A DNA stretch of 64,000 bases from Takakia lepidozioides (lineage: Eukaryota; Plantae; Bryophyta), in contig CM060731.1 of assembly GCA_030704615.1 (NCBI GenBank), positions 6,076,001 through 6,140,000 on the forward strand. The letters are read 5' to 3'. Made by a program: the position numbers and the translations under genes. Shown piece after piece: positions 26,431 through 40,829 of this stretch; the stretch's first letter is position 1; each line of letters opens with the position of its first letter. The notes beneath the pieces are model-generated. The model worked only from the letters and a program-made list of their open reading frames with translations. It did not search any database and was not told the origin of the DNA.

Positions 26431-29400
26431 TCTGCAGCCTGCACCCCCCCCCCCCTCCTCTGTTGCCCCTTCGCTGTCCTAGACCTGCCCGCTGCCCGCT
26501 GGCCATTAACCCCCCGCTAACTCCACACTAACCCTGGTTACCGCGCCAGCCAACCGCGCCGGTGCTATCCTATCCACTACTTGACCCTCAGCCCTATCAC
26601 CGCTCCACATCCTCACCGTCCATCTCCGATCCGACGCTCACGATTCGCCGCGCGTTGATGCTGCGCGCTTTGGCTTATCATCCTGCCAGCACTGCGCGCC
26701 GAATGGCCCACTGCCGCGTGGCAGCATCTGACTCACGCGGCACTACAGTAGTGCCTTGCACTAACTACTTAGTAACTTACTTACCACTAACGTACTAGGT
26801 AACTTACTACTCTCTACTATTCTCCCACCCTGTTTTGCGCGGGCTGGACCTTACCGCGACCGACGAATGAAACAGTCCGAGAAGAATGATCCACACTTCA
26901 TCCGCACGGAAACGGATGAAACCCAGAGATTTGTCGGAATTCCCTCAGAGGGAGCAATCTGGCTGAAACAGTCCCTCACCCAGGCAGTATATATTCCAGC
27001 TGTAGTCAGGTCAGGTGCTTAACCATGGGACTATCTTTGACCTTGTGACAGGGTGACAGTTTTTGACCGCCATGAATACACCATGGATGGTAATCATTCA
27101 TCCATCTATCCGTCCATCCGGTGAAGCCAGCACTGCCACTCGGCCATGTAATCATCATCAACATGGTCATTGCCTATATGATGATGCTAGACAATGGATG
27201 AACGTTGTACAGATGGATGGGCCTTGGTGAGAACTGGAAGGTCATATTAGGGGTAAGATCTCATCCAAGGCATACAATAAATGGTGGTGTTGACCGAGTG
27301 TTGACCGTTCCGATGGGGTGGATGTCCTCCATCCTCACCCGAGCCAGAGCACATGCGAGATGGATGCAAAACGGGAGTGACGGATGGATGAGAAGTAAGT
27401 AGAACTGACACAGTGCAGGGATAGTAAACATGGAGGGGAATGAGGGGAGCTTTGAATGCAGTGCAGTACCACAGTACAGAATATTGGCTTTTAACTTTTA
27501 ACTTTTAACCCTGCCTTATTTAACTCTGACTTACTACTCACTAACCCGGATGGCCAGTCACTAACCGCGGAGTTAGGCTAGGAAAGTAGCTAACCAGACC
27601 TTGGGCAGCAGAAAACGTTTCTATAAAAAGTAACCGCGCCTACGAACGCGGAAGGCTTGGCCTACACGCTACAATCGCGGGCAGGCTGCCTGGCGGCCGG
27701 GCCGGGCAGGAAAAAACGGGCAGGGGAGGAAGAAACAAAACCCCTGGCGTGCCATGTGGGCATGCTGACGTGCGCTGCATTGCGGGGTATCTTGAGCATT
27801 GGTTTGAGATTACGCAGAAATGTGGACGGTGGAGATGGGGTGCAGATGGCGCTGGGGCAGCTGTCACGCGTGATTAGCGCGGCTGGATAAGGCGGTCTAC
27901 CGCGCGGTTGGATACCGCGGTCGACCGCGCGGTGTCCCGACTGCGTCCTCGCACATGCCTGCCGCCCTGCTCGCTGACCAACCCCGAGACTAGGGATGGA
28001 TGAGGATAGATGAATACCGTGTGGAGCATTTGGGTTGGAAGGCGTCCGGATGACAGAATGTGTGGCACATTCATCCCCCGACGACCCGGTCCTATGTTGT
28101 ACAGTGCCGGGGGGGCGACCCTCCAAACATTTACCCGCTTTCAGGCTGCAGTGGCTTCCTGACCTGCGGGGTGGGCCCTGCCTGGAATGGTGCAGGATTC
28201 TTCGATCTGCCTGAGATAAGGCAGTGATACATCTAATGGGAGCGGTCTCACTCTCATCTTGTTCATGAATTGCAGACGATGGCAGCATGATGTGGTTGAT
28301 TAGGCTTGCACTCACCAATGGTTTTGAGCGGTCTCGAGCAATTTGCAGTTTCATATATCTTCAAATCTGTCTCGTGCTTAAGTGGCCACACATTATTCTA
28401 GTTTGTGGCAAGTATTCTCAAGAATGCCGAGATTACAGAGTGGGCGGGTCCACCGTTGTGGGAGAGTGGAGAAGGGGGGTTTATAAGAGAGGGTTTTCTT
28501 CCTCATCGCAACTCACGGGCATGCGTTTGATGAGTTTAGCATATAGCTGAGATGTGGGGGGGTAAATGACGACGTCTGAGCACGCCAGTTTAGGTTGCTC
28601 ACAACCTCGAGCAGGGGGGGAAAATACTCAGCAAAGTGCCGAATTCTTCCACCTCCCTACTCCTTCCGTCGATCCTACCTTTGCGGGGAGGTAGTGGCTG
28701 TTCGTGAGGGCTAGTGTAGCAATTTGGGCAGAGACTCGGCCCTGATGGTTGAAAATCTCCCACAAACAGGTCTGCCTTCTGGATCTGTATCCTCCCGACT
28801 TTTCTTCCCACTCCTTCATGGAGCATGCAGCGATGCTACATGCTGCCGCGATGATTTGCGCTTGGAACTTGCAGCATCGTGTCCCATATAGATCTCAACG
28901 CACATTGTACTTGATTTCATCATGGCAGTGTGAAGATTCCCAAAAAGACTTCCAAGTGCAAAAGAGTTCCCACACATGCCATGGTCTCTGTTTGCAAGAC
29001 TTCTTAAGTCTTACGACGGGAAATTTGTTGTCTTAATATAACCCCGGAGGTTACACAAGTACAACTGAGTTTTAAGCAAAGCTAGGTAGTGCTTGAGTGG
29101 GGATCTGTGATTCTGTCCTCCTCTTGTCGAGAGACGAATCTTTGAAAGGTCGAAGTACAATGAAGGCTTAACTCCTTGCACGCAGGTGAGTGGAGCATGC
29201 AAGTCAACCTCAAGAATGAAATGTCGGGGTCTGGCAAGTATCTATGTGCAGTTTTCTCCAGAGTAAGCTCACAACATACTCTGCTCAAAGATTTGCTGAT
29301 GTGCGCGACCACTCTCTCGTTATTCCCAGGCCCCCATTGACTCGTCTGAAGAGTTTGGCTCCGATAGATCGAAGAAAACCCAAGCCGCTCAAATCGACCA

Positions 29401-30637
29401 TCTCCTGCCCCTGGGAAGAGCTTGATGAAATGAAGGTCTAGTACTGGCCACAAATTTGTGCTGAGTTACATTTTTTTGAGAAGTTTTGGGATTGTTTGAC
29501 TTTAGCGCAAATCGATCAAATATTGAAGCCTGACCTCTATCTCCATGCGGCTAGCTTTGATGGTGATCCTAACTCGTCTCTGCTTCTGCAATGCTCTCTG
29601 CAGCTGCAGAACTCGACCTGTCTTGGGTGACGCGATTGAGCTGTGACCCAAGCTGGAGAAACATAATGCAGTTATAGCACAACCACAAAGTTGAGACAGA
29701 CTGTGGGACTTCTGCCATAACCAGGGACACAAGCTTGGTGCTGCAGTTTGCACAAGCTGCAATACGGCGAGGCCACTTCTTGTGCACATTGAATGGAATC
29801 TAGTGCCCTAATTGTAACAATAGATTTAGACCTGTAGACAAAAGTCCTTCCCTGAACGCCTCGCTAGTAGCTTCACTGGTGTTGAAGAGTGTTGAAGAGT
29901 ATCCGAAGACAGAAGACCCTCCCAGATCTGATTGCAGCCAGAGCTAGGAGAAGACACTAGCACATATCAAAGTCATCATGCTAGGATCTCTTCTGTCTGA
30001 CAATCTTAATCCTTTCAGACTTGTCCTTCATCTCAATATTTACATACACCATGGACAATATGGATACCGAGGCTGACTAGTAAGATTACAGAAACACAAT
30101 ACTCTGCATACCACTACAGAAACAAGAGAGAATAATCTTCTGCAGCTTGGTGGTGGCAACACAAACAATACATTGTGTCTCTTGCACAATATATGTAGAT
30201 CAAGGAGTCCAACAATCTAGCCAAGACTCAAATGCAATCCAAACACCAACTGAGCGTTAGATGCAGAAGCTGATTTGCAAGATTAGTTCCAACAGTAAAC
30301 TGGTTTTAGTATACAGCTGCCAAAAGCAGATGAGCTGTGGTTTTAGTGGGGCCTTCAAACTGGACAAAAATACATCTCTCAATCAATGCTTCATGTGGAG
30401 GGGAAATGATGTCAAGTTCATCCACCCAACCACGCAATGAGCTAAAATATAAGAATGACTAGCTCGGATCTATGATACAGTTTTATGACTGCAGTAACTG
30501 TTTAAGAAACAGACCTGACACACAGGCCTCGCTAGCAAGGCACATTGAGCCTATCAACGAAGGCAAAACTGTTCCAGTGTAAGCAATTGTGGAAGAGTTT
30601 ATGCAGAGCTTTCAGCTGGATCTCATGTGTCAATCAG

Positions 30638-33600
30638 TTAGTTCTGAAGGAATTCACATTCATGAAGGCGTGTTAGAATCTCTTCATAGCCGGGTCGAGC
30701 AGTTGGGACTTCCTCCCAGCAATCTGCAAATATTCAACAAGAGAGACCTGTGCCTTACAAACCTGGAAAACTACCCAAATTGCAAGACATTTGATTACTT
30801 ATCTATCCCGTCACTGGCTGAACAATCCCCGGAGGGTTCAGAAGCCCGCATAGATTGGGTTTCTTTAGCAAGGCTCATCCACATCAACTGGACGTCATGG
30901 AAGAAGAGCTATTCTTTCAAATTTTGTGTCCAAAACTAGTCCTGTGAGAGGTCCACGTCAAGCTCAATAACATAGAAACTCAAAGTATGGTTAAAAAAAG
31001 GTCCTCTTCATGTCTAGCACCAAGTTGCAAACAACCTTTCCCTCTGCAGTCGACAATACTGGACCTAAAAGTTGGAGTAACGTACCAGCAATCAGCTTGC
31101 CAATCAGACCCTCTGGAATGTCCAACCGTGCCCTATTATGAGCCACGGCATACACCACCTGCAGACAATAGTATCCCACCAGCCTATATCAAGAGAAAAA
31201 ACTCAAGATGGTTTTAATATATTAGTAGATGGATCTAAACCTAGGACTAGTACAATAACTGAAATACATAGTTAGAAGCTAACTAACGATGGCAGATATG
31301 GTTGCTAATGCTCCCTTGAAAGTAGGCCTGCTAAGTTACAGCATGTAGTCCTAGATTAGCAAATGGATTAGGCACACATGACCAGACATACTTGCATGGG
31401 CTTGACACCTTCCCAGGGTCGCTTAAGAGTGCAAAGCTCCCACATGATGACACCCAAACTGAACACGTCACACTTGTCCGTAACTGGCTCATTTCGCAAG
31501 AGCTCCGGTGCTGTCCACTCAGGTGTGCCAGCTGCAGCACTATCACAAACAGTGGAGCCAGTAGCAATGCGCGACAAGCCAAAGTCGCAAATCTTGACAG
31601 CCCAGTGCTTGTCGACTAAGCAATTGGCACTCTTCAGGTCACGATGCACAATCTTCATGCGCTGCACACTCATCATCCCCCTTCACTCGAGCCAAGCAAT
31701 GTCAGATTACGAATACAAACAGTCACTGAACAAACAGGACAGTCCAAACTGCAGGGAAATCGTCTTCACAAAAGAAGCAGAACACGCATACGCAGTCAGT
31801 GAACGAAAAACAAAATGCTGGAGTGCAATAGCAAACAGGAATCACAAGGTCTGCCTCTACCACTGTCAAAGTCACAGGAGCTTGGTGATGATTTGTCATA
31901 GTGCACCTGCAAATATCCCGGAGCATCTTCAGGCGGCGGCGCCAGCTAAGCTTCTTCCCCTGCCCACTGGAGTGAATTAGGCGATAGAGCGACCCATTAT
32001 GCATGTACTCGGTCACCATGGACAGATGTGGTGGCTTGGTGCAAGCTCCCAGAAACAGTATCACTACATAACCCCATGACGTCAGCCCATGATTGCGTCA
32101 GATGCCATTGTTGATTCCATTTCTCAAAGGCGGTGTGTCTGCAATTATCTGTGACTCCCTAGAGACTAACGATCTTTAGAACCATCAGCATATCCCAAAA
32201 AATAAGGATCCAGAAATCCAGGCATGTCCAGTTAATTTCATGTTTGGACATAACTCTTTGTAGGTGCTACAGCGGGTACTTGTTCATTTGATGCTTTGAG
32301 CCAGACAGAATAATAATGCAGAACTGGTCTGGCAATTCATCACAAGAGGTATACTAGTCTCGGTTCACCTAAAGGTTCTCTGTCCACCTAAGTAATTTCA
32401 GATTGTTGACAGTAAATATTTGTCTCAACATACAAATACTCGCGAGTAACGTAATAAGCAATGTGCAATCGAACTTCTGCAACTTTGTTTATCAATGTAT
32501 TAACTCAAACCCTTCAATTCTTAAAAATAGAGAAGGGTTGGAGTTGTCATATCTACATGCAGGTAAGGGAGTACCATTAGGATGTCGCAGCCGACTTCAA
32601 GAGACATCCACACACACACAAGCAAGTGAAGACAAGCTTCTTCAGAACACGTAGCTGGTAACTTTGCAGTAATCCACAATTTGATTGGATGCAACTCAAG
32701 AGACAGAATAGCAAATGAAGCAATAATTACCAAGTCAAGGACAAGGGATAAATTTTGAAACCTATATAACAAAGCAATGTACCTCAGAAGAGAGATTTCA
32801 TTGCAAAAATCTTGTGTGTTCTCAACAGTTAGGTCCTGCTCAAGCATAACCTTAATGGCTACCTCTGTACCCCTCCATATACCACGAAACACTTCTCCAA
32901 AGGACCCTGCAAAGAACAAACCAAACATCTCAACAAATGTAGCATACCCTTCTTGTATGAAATTTTAAGCTGTTCTTCCTCTTAACCTTTAATGGCAGTC
33001 CTTGACACAATATCTCATGAAGACAATTGAAAAATCTTGAATATAAGAATAATTATTACCACGAGAGAGTCCCTTAAATACTAACAACTTTAAAATTATA
33101 TAATCAATAAAGGACAGGAGAGGTTGTAAGCAAAAATGGAAATTACACAACAGACAACATCTCTTCTCAAGCTCGTAAATTGCCTCCTACTGCACAGGTG
33201 CTATTTGTACTTCCCACAAGTACTGAATCCCCGAGCATCATTCCATGTTGAACCCTTCATAGACACTGAGGAGGTGACGTGCCCATGTGCTATTTGAAGT
33301 TTGATGATTGGACTTATATTCACAACCCTGAGTATTAAATGTTGCTACACAAACCAGAGACAACTTCTTTTCCCCAGCTTCATGTCCACAAAACACATGT
33401 TCACAATCAGTCAGGTTGGTGGAGAGCAACTATGCCCACTTGATACCCAAGCATGATTCCATGGTGACCCCTTCATAGACACATGAGGATGTGATGTGTG
33501 CCCATGTGCTATTGAAGTTTTAAGTTTTGAGTATCAATTGTTGCTGCAACAGATCTTATGGCCGAAGTAGGCTTCTCCCAAGGCTACAACCTGCCCTACT

Positions 33601-35586
33601 CCTTTCACATTGAAGAGCATAAAATGGATTATGTGCCTAGAGAGGGAGCGCATACAGACATTAAACAGCAGCAGAGCTCAGGAAAAAGAACACCTACCAA
33701 TACCAACGCGAACACCAATTCGAAGTTCTGAGAAGTCAATGTTCCATTCAGAGAAAGGCATCAGTGGCTGGCTTGGCAATGATGGGGACTGCATTGTGAG
33801 ACTCCAGGAAGCTGCACCTGTTTGGGTGTCCATTGATGAAGAGGATGCAACAACAGGAAGATCTTGGTTATGTTGCTGCACATCTGTGGTCTCTTGGGGG
33901 GTTGAGCCAGATGGAAGATCTTGGCTATTTTGCAGTGCTGATCCAGAGGTTGCTCCATTGTTAAAGCCAAAACTAGTGAAACTCGGTATGCCCTTTGCAT
34001 TTCCTGGCTGGGACTCCAAATCTGTATTTCTGGATTCCATGGATCTCCCCAAAGCCTACAAAGGCAAATGATTGTCAGGACCAACGGATGGACAAATGTT
34101 TTTTATTCCAGTACGCATATTCTCTTATTGACATGTCCACAAGCATCCAACTCTTTACCAGCAATTAAAAAGCAGCAAGAGTCCATCTTGACTACAGTAA
34201 AACCAGACCCTTAATGAGCAACACATGACCCAGTTAACCTCCCAACTTCGAACTCATCTTTACTGGCCAGGGAGTACCCTAATCCCTCTATAACATACTA
34301 TGCTCTCAGTCTTGCTTCTCATGAACAGGCCTGTGGCAACCTCCTCATAAAGTTTCACATCAGATCTTCCTAAGTACCATCCAAAGGCCTAACCCTTGGT
34401 CTTTGCCCTTCTGACCCGTTCACCTCCCCTTCGCTTAGTCATTAGTATCTTCAGATCCTTCTTATTCTCTTTCCAGCCTTGCTTAGTTGCTAGCCAAGTC
34501 TTGCTTGACTAGTCCGTGACAACAAGCGATGCACCTTTACATTACTTCTTGACACAGTCAAAGGGTTTTGTTTTCCGTATCTACACCTAGGAAATATATG
34601 CCAAAACAATCGACCTCTATTACCTTTAGCACATGGTCCCTCAGAAAGGGGCCCCTTTCACAAACCAAGTACACGAATTTCAAACTCTTTCGAAGTAGGT
34701 TACCGATTTGAAACCATGCTATACTGGGAGTAAGTGTGAGTACTCTGTGTAAGTGAAAGGCGAACTGCATATGCTTCAAATGGGAATAGAAGCGACAATA
34801 CCTCTCCACTTCCTTGGCCAGAATCTGGAGTAAGAGCGTCAGGACTGGGGATAGCTCTATATGGCTCCAGCTCTTTTGATCGGAAGCGCTCCTGCTTGAT
34901 GGCCTCATTCATAGCACGCACTGCCCTGCTCATTTCAAGTTGAAATGCAACTCATTCATAAGATATTCACTGACTCAATGAGAGACACATGCCAGGCATT
35001 TACCCCTTGAACCAACTGCAGAGGGGTATGAATCCAAGTGCGTGAAAAAACCTAAAATTAACAAAACTAACAAATTTAACGATCTCACCAAGAATAGCAA
35101 GGCAAACCACCATCTGACTGCCTACATGACACACAGAGAACAGTGATAAGAGAATCACACCTGACAACATCATCGCTGACCTCAGGGGCAACACCACGTT
35201 TTCTAGCCCTCCGCAGCTCAGCCTGCGGACTGTGATAAACCCTACAATACCACGGCCAGAGATACCTATGAGTGATGAGAACCTGAAAGTGCTTTGGCGA
35301 CCTGCACGCATCATGGCATTCTGTCTTCTACCACAGAGAAGGAATTTCTGAAAAGATAGCAGGCTTGTCCTGGATCTTCCTAGTATGTTAAGCACCAGAA
35401 GAAGAAACAACGTCTTTCTCCTTTTCCTCTCTGCTTCTGTTTGCTGTTCAAAGGTAGGCTTCCCGCCCTGAGTTTAAATTTCAGTCTAATGCCGAGAGTG
35501 GGTAGACCCTTGAGGTCATCCATGATGTCCTCCCCCATGTCACAGACTGGAAACAAGTTCAGGGAAGTTTTCTGCCTAACCAGGGT

Positions 35587-35623
<37 letters not shown>

Positions 35624-38600
35624 TTATTATAATGTCTCCAGGTGGGAGGGGAACAGAAAAGAGAACAGGTGTGGAGGCTAGCCTTGAAGGTGCAGGATCT
35701 CCGATGTATTGCAGGAAATCCATTCCCTTTCTGTCATTCTTGATATCAATCGACAGTGCCCTCTCGCGCCTGCAACATGCTAACCTGTCAACAGGATTGT
35801 ATGCCTCCCTCTGATGCTAATTTCCCCATAGTATTAAATGGAGGTTACCTTTTCTCTCTCAACCTAGTCTGTTGTTTTCCCCTGGTAGATGCAAGCTGGT
35901 CACCATTTTACGACACCTACCAGGTTGTTCAACAATGATACTGGTCGGTAAAATTATGATCATGTTGACTACCTTCCATTCTCTCCTTGTTTGTTAATGA
36001 ACAAAGAAGCTGAGCGCCTTCTGAAAATTGGAGAAGGCTTCCCAGCTGTACTGGCATGCTGGGGCGACTGTTCTGGGCTGCACACCAACTTTCCTCTGTC
36101 AATATCCTAGTATGTGTGAGAGGTAATACAATGGAAGCTCAAAGGCTTTGACTTCAGAGCTTGCAGTGGAGGTTCATCCTTGAGACTGTAAAGCTGCAGA
36201 CCTCACGTTTCGAAGTGCAAAGTCAACCCTACGCACATGTTCCACATCACAAGGACTCGCTCACCTCCTGTTACCATGTGCTGTTGTCGAAACCCTCTTG
36301 CAAGAACCTTTGCAACATGTGCTTGTAGACCCTCAGAACCCCAGAAATCTACAAGGAAGATAGCAATGTGTTTCTTCCCAAGATATATTTACCACCTCCG
36401 TTTGCAGAAACAATATACGAATACCTACTGAGGGCCTCAGATCTGCCTTCATCAGCCCCTGGCATGGAGATCATGGGCTCTAGATCATGGGCGACAGTGA
36501 TAATAATTTGAAAACTTGGAGGGAAGGGATAGAGGGCACCAGATTATGTCACTGAGCACATTGCAATCTACAAGATGAGGAGTGATGTGATTGAGTGGGG
36601 AATCAATATTGTTGGAATTCCACCAGACCACAGACTCCGTTTGTGGGACATGTCAATGAAAGAAACCTAACCCCGACTCCAACAAAATAACTCAACTTAG
36701 AGGCTCGAAAGTGAGGAAACAGGCAGTACCTGGAAACACTAATGTCTTCACCCACATTGCGGCGACTACCACTGAGCATCGAGGGTGCACGGGGTTTGAA
36801 GACTGGATGTTCTGGACTGCTGCCAGTTCAAACCTTACACCATCAGTTCACCTGACTTGACTCTTTCCCCTTTATTCCTCATGACCAAACTATCACCAGA
36901 TGACACTAAAAGAGGTAATAACAAACCAATTCTTGCTTGCTTGGAAAATGGAAGGGACACATCTTCTAGCAACTGCAAAGGACATCTTGTTGGCCAAGAG
37001 GACACATCAGCAAGAGATAGGCATTCTTTTACATCACCCATAACGTCATTCTACGCAGTTGATATTATCTCCGACAGCTCAGCCCTGGAATTGGGTCTTA
37101 AAGCCACAATAGCCTGATGTAAATAATAATTAGAGTATTCTTGTAAAGCAGAACATTACTGTTGACTGTCAGTGAGTTCTCTAAGTTCGTCTCCCTCTGG
37201 CCACAGGCCAAACCAAAAACCATTTTTGAAGATGATTGGCTAAGCTGAACATCTCTCAGCTTCTTTTCCGAAATCAAATGGACAAACTGCCATTCGTGGA
37301 GAGTCATCTGTCTAGCGCCTTGATCAAAGTGGAATTAACTCTCCGGGGGCTTGATTGGACTTTGACCGTACAAAGAGCACGGGTCGCCTGCTATTCAATT
37401 GGCATAGTTAAACATTAACAGCTTCACCTCCATCAGTCAGAATTTGACTTACCCACTTGGTTGAGGTTGTATCAAACAATGCAGTCTAGGTGTTGTGTAA
37501 AACTTTCACACTCTGGGTGAGATTCAAAACCCTTCTAAAACCCTGTGCCCTTACCCTGGATTTAGCAACCTTAGATACCATATCGTGCACAGCAATGTGG
37601 TGGTTGAACACCTTGCAAAAAGATCCCATGCAAGGTGTGCATCACCTGGAAATGCTTCCTTCCTCTGACCCCACACGTTGAGATGTCCGCAAACGGGTTT
37701 GTGGATGCTCCGGACTAAGAATGCCCAAGAAACTTTGCAGTCAGCTTGGTAGAACATTGGTATAGAGGTGAATCCGTGCATGATTGCAACGACTTCTTAT
37801 TACAATTTCTACAAGCACACGTTTAGCACTCAAATAAAAGCAGCTGCAACTTTTTCTATTGAAGACCATAATGGAGTGACAACTACCTGGAAGGAAAACT
37901 GCGCACCCCCTCCATCATGGGCCTGCTATGGTCATGTTGAGCCTCTAGAGACCGTTCTGGACTGTAAAAAGACAAGATATGTGTTATACAAGTTATTCTT
38001 AGTGACAGACATCCTCTTATAACGAAAATGACACGGCATTGGCTCTGTTAACCTACAACCTCTACATCGATTTCCCACACTGATCCATTGGAACAACTAA
38101 TCTGAAAGGGGAATGACATGGCAATGGATTTTATTATCTTGATGCCACCGCCACACCTGTCAGACTGCCTGACTCATACTTTAAAAACTGCTGTTATTAC
38201 TGTACACATAAGTAACAAACCTGGACCCAGCAGTGTGCTCATCAATCACTCGCCTTCGACTGCGTCTCCGTGTTGGGTTGGCCAAATCTGGTTCACTCTG
38301 GGATGGGCTGCGACCAGAAGTAAACTCCAAGCCATAAGCACAGGAAACTTTTTAGTGACAGCTCGTGTGGTCGTGGAGGGGGGGAGGCTAACCAGGAGAA
38401 ACGAATAGAAAGACCAAGAAGAACAGAAAAGAATCAACAGACTAAAAATAAAACCCTAAAGTTTTGTAGGTGCTGAAGAACATCGATGCGTGAGAGTTTT
38501 AGTGACCCCAACGCACAAGGTTCAGATGCTAGTAAACGGTAGAAGCCTTCTCAACAGTCTGATGCACAACACCAGATCAACAGTACAGTATTAAGCGCCG

Positions 38601-40829
38601 AAGCCTAAATTGTCTAATGCTTCAAGTGCATCCCTCGACTTAGCTTACAGCAATGGGTAGTCTTTTCAACAGATATACCTCAACTTGCCAACAAGACCCA
38701 TGGGGTGTCGAATCATGAGATTAGGGGGATAAAGACCAGCTGTTGCTGAGGAAGTCCGTCCTCTGCTTGCATGCAGTAGATGTGTACTATCAATATCCTG
38801 CTCCGGGCTGAACACAGAAAATAGTGAAACTCATGATATTGCAAGAGAATTGAATAATTTTGAGATTGAAAGGTACACTGAGCAGATTATATGTTCTTTT
38901 GACAAATGAACCCAAGAGTTACCAAAAAGTAGAGAGAGGCTTGCTGTAGCCTTCAAGGCAGTCAGGTCCTTCGACATGGAAGGTAGAAGAGAGAAAAACA
39001 GAGATAGATAAAATGTGGGCATTTACGGTTTTAGTACAGAGGATAGAAAGTCAATCCCTACATAACAGGAGAAAGAGTCAACCTTTCATTTTCCAGTCTG
39101 TCTGAGAAACCAAACAGGGGGCTGTTTGGTTCCAGTGGAGAGTCGCATGAATCATAATCAGCTGAGTCGCTGTCTCCAGCACCAGCAATGTGATACATTA
39201 CCAACACCTTCCGCGAAAATGGGCGTAGATACCCTGGATGTCGCATCACATCTACCAATAGCTCGATCCCATTCACTACCACTACATTAGACAAATGCTT
39301 ATTTGGGTTGGCGCAAATCAATGAGCTGCTTGGCACAGCCTCCAGCTGCAAACCCTGTAGGTCAGACAATGGTCGAAGGATTGTGAGATGATGAGAGAGC
39401 CTCTTGATGAGATTATAAAAATGGCCATGACGTGTATCCTATCTGATACAAATTACTTTGACAACTGTCCATAATAACTGTAATACGTGCAGTCGACAGC
39501 AAGCAGTGGCATCAAATAACACCCTGATAGAAAAAAGCCAGTGAAGTTGATTTGCAAGACACATTCGCATCAACGCCAGATCTACCATGAGAAGGCGGCT
39601 ATGAAGGCCAAGAGAATCTCCAAGAAACTTGAAAAGAAGAGCTCGAGGCCGGCACAAGCCCATCTTCACTTCTCCCAGTAGCTGCACACATGCTTGATCT
39701 GCTGAGGTTGTGAGTTCATCCGTTGATGCCTTTGTGGGGCCTGCCTCAAATAGTGGGCCTCCGTAAAAGTCTGCTACCTGCAAGGGGATACTATCCATAG
39801 ACACTTAGATCTGTTCGTATGACATGAAGTGACACGATGAAGGTAGCAGGAAAGACGGTTTGTTAGAATATGAGTGCATCAATGCTTTCATCTCGACACT
39901 GAAAGCAAAGGAGATCAAAGTGACTTCTTCTGGCCACTGACAAACCACCCCAACTTCAAATACTTTGGAAATGGAGAGCTGTTACCAATTCTGCAATCTT
40001 CTTGATTAAGAGAGCCACATTGGCCCCTAAGCCCTTGACCATCACTTTGGCAAGCTGTTCCAAACTTGCGAGTGTCTCATCTGTGTGGGTGTCTATAAGC
40101 AACACATCAGATCCACTAGCCTCTGCTCCCAACTGACGCAACTCATCCAAAGTTGGAATGGATCGGAAAAGTGCCTTTAACCCTCGAGTCTGCACCAACC
40201 ACCACTTTTGTCATAATGACAGTACATGTATACTCTCTTTATTCTCTGTTGATACACGGGTTTTGCAGATGCAGTGAATGCAGAATTTGGCGAAACATGG
40301 ACGGCTGAGCATGATTGCTGGCCAGATTAAGACTCAACTACTGTGTCAACCCCTCCTTCAAGACTAAGGGAGCAACACACATGTATCAACCGCTGCTGAG
40401 CAGCTGCAGACATCACATGTCTAAGTATTCTTCCAGATTGCAACTTAGATGTTGCACGCTCACAGTTTCAATGCTTAATTTTTGAACTTAAGGGGTTTCA
40501 TGCTGCAGAGCAGTTCTCCAGCCTTGCACAAACCCTCCTGTTTCAAACCATAGAAAACCGCTTCCACAACAACACCAAAAACTTACTGGAACAACAGAAT
40601 AGAACCCATTGGGCATTCTAGACTCCAGACTTTTTGTCTCCCACAGCGTCTGAGAAGCACTTTGAAATGATAGGTCTCTGGTAGCAGAGCTGCTGCTGCT
40701 GGACTCCATCGGGTTGGCACACCCATCTGGAGATCCAAGCCCTATGACCTTCATTCTCTCCACCAAACTTGTCTGCCATCCAGGGTCTTGAGAGGATCCA
40801 GCTCCTTTCTCTTCTCCTATATCCTCCAT
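30638..40829 (-). CDS. Raf-like MAP kinase kinase kinase, subgroup B1 (EDR1-like N-terminal domain plus C-terminal kinase; resembles Arabidopsis At3g58640-type proteins)
   Basis: N-terminal motifs [64 protein letters not shown] and RAVRAMNE. Kinase motifs [17 protein letters not shown]|[62 protein letters not shown] and [13 protein letters not shown]. The last exon [15 protein letters not shown] ends at 30638. Confidence 0.93.
35590..35621. repeat. (GA)n microsatellite in an intron of the Raf-like kinase
   Basis: About 16 GA units. Confidence 0.95.

Noticed and set aside
25630-26531. Long plus-strand ORFs (296 aa and 200 aa)
   Set aside because: Antisense to the RRM gene and its GC/CT-rich leader; low-complexity translation.
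27640-29789. Several ORFs between the RRM and kinase genes (e.g. 27662-28354, 29244-29441)
   Set aside because: No recognisable domain or coherent exon chain; cannot be supported without expression data.
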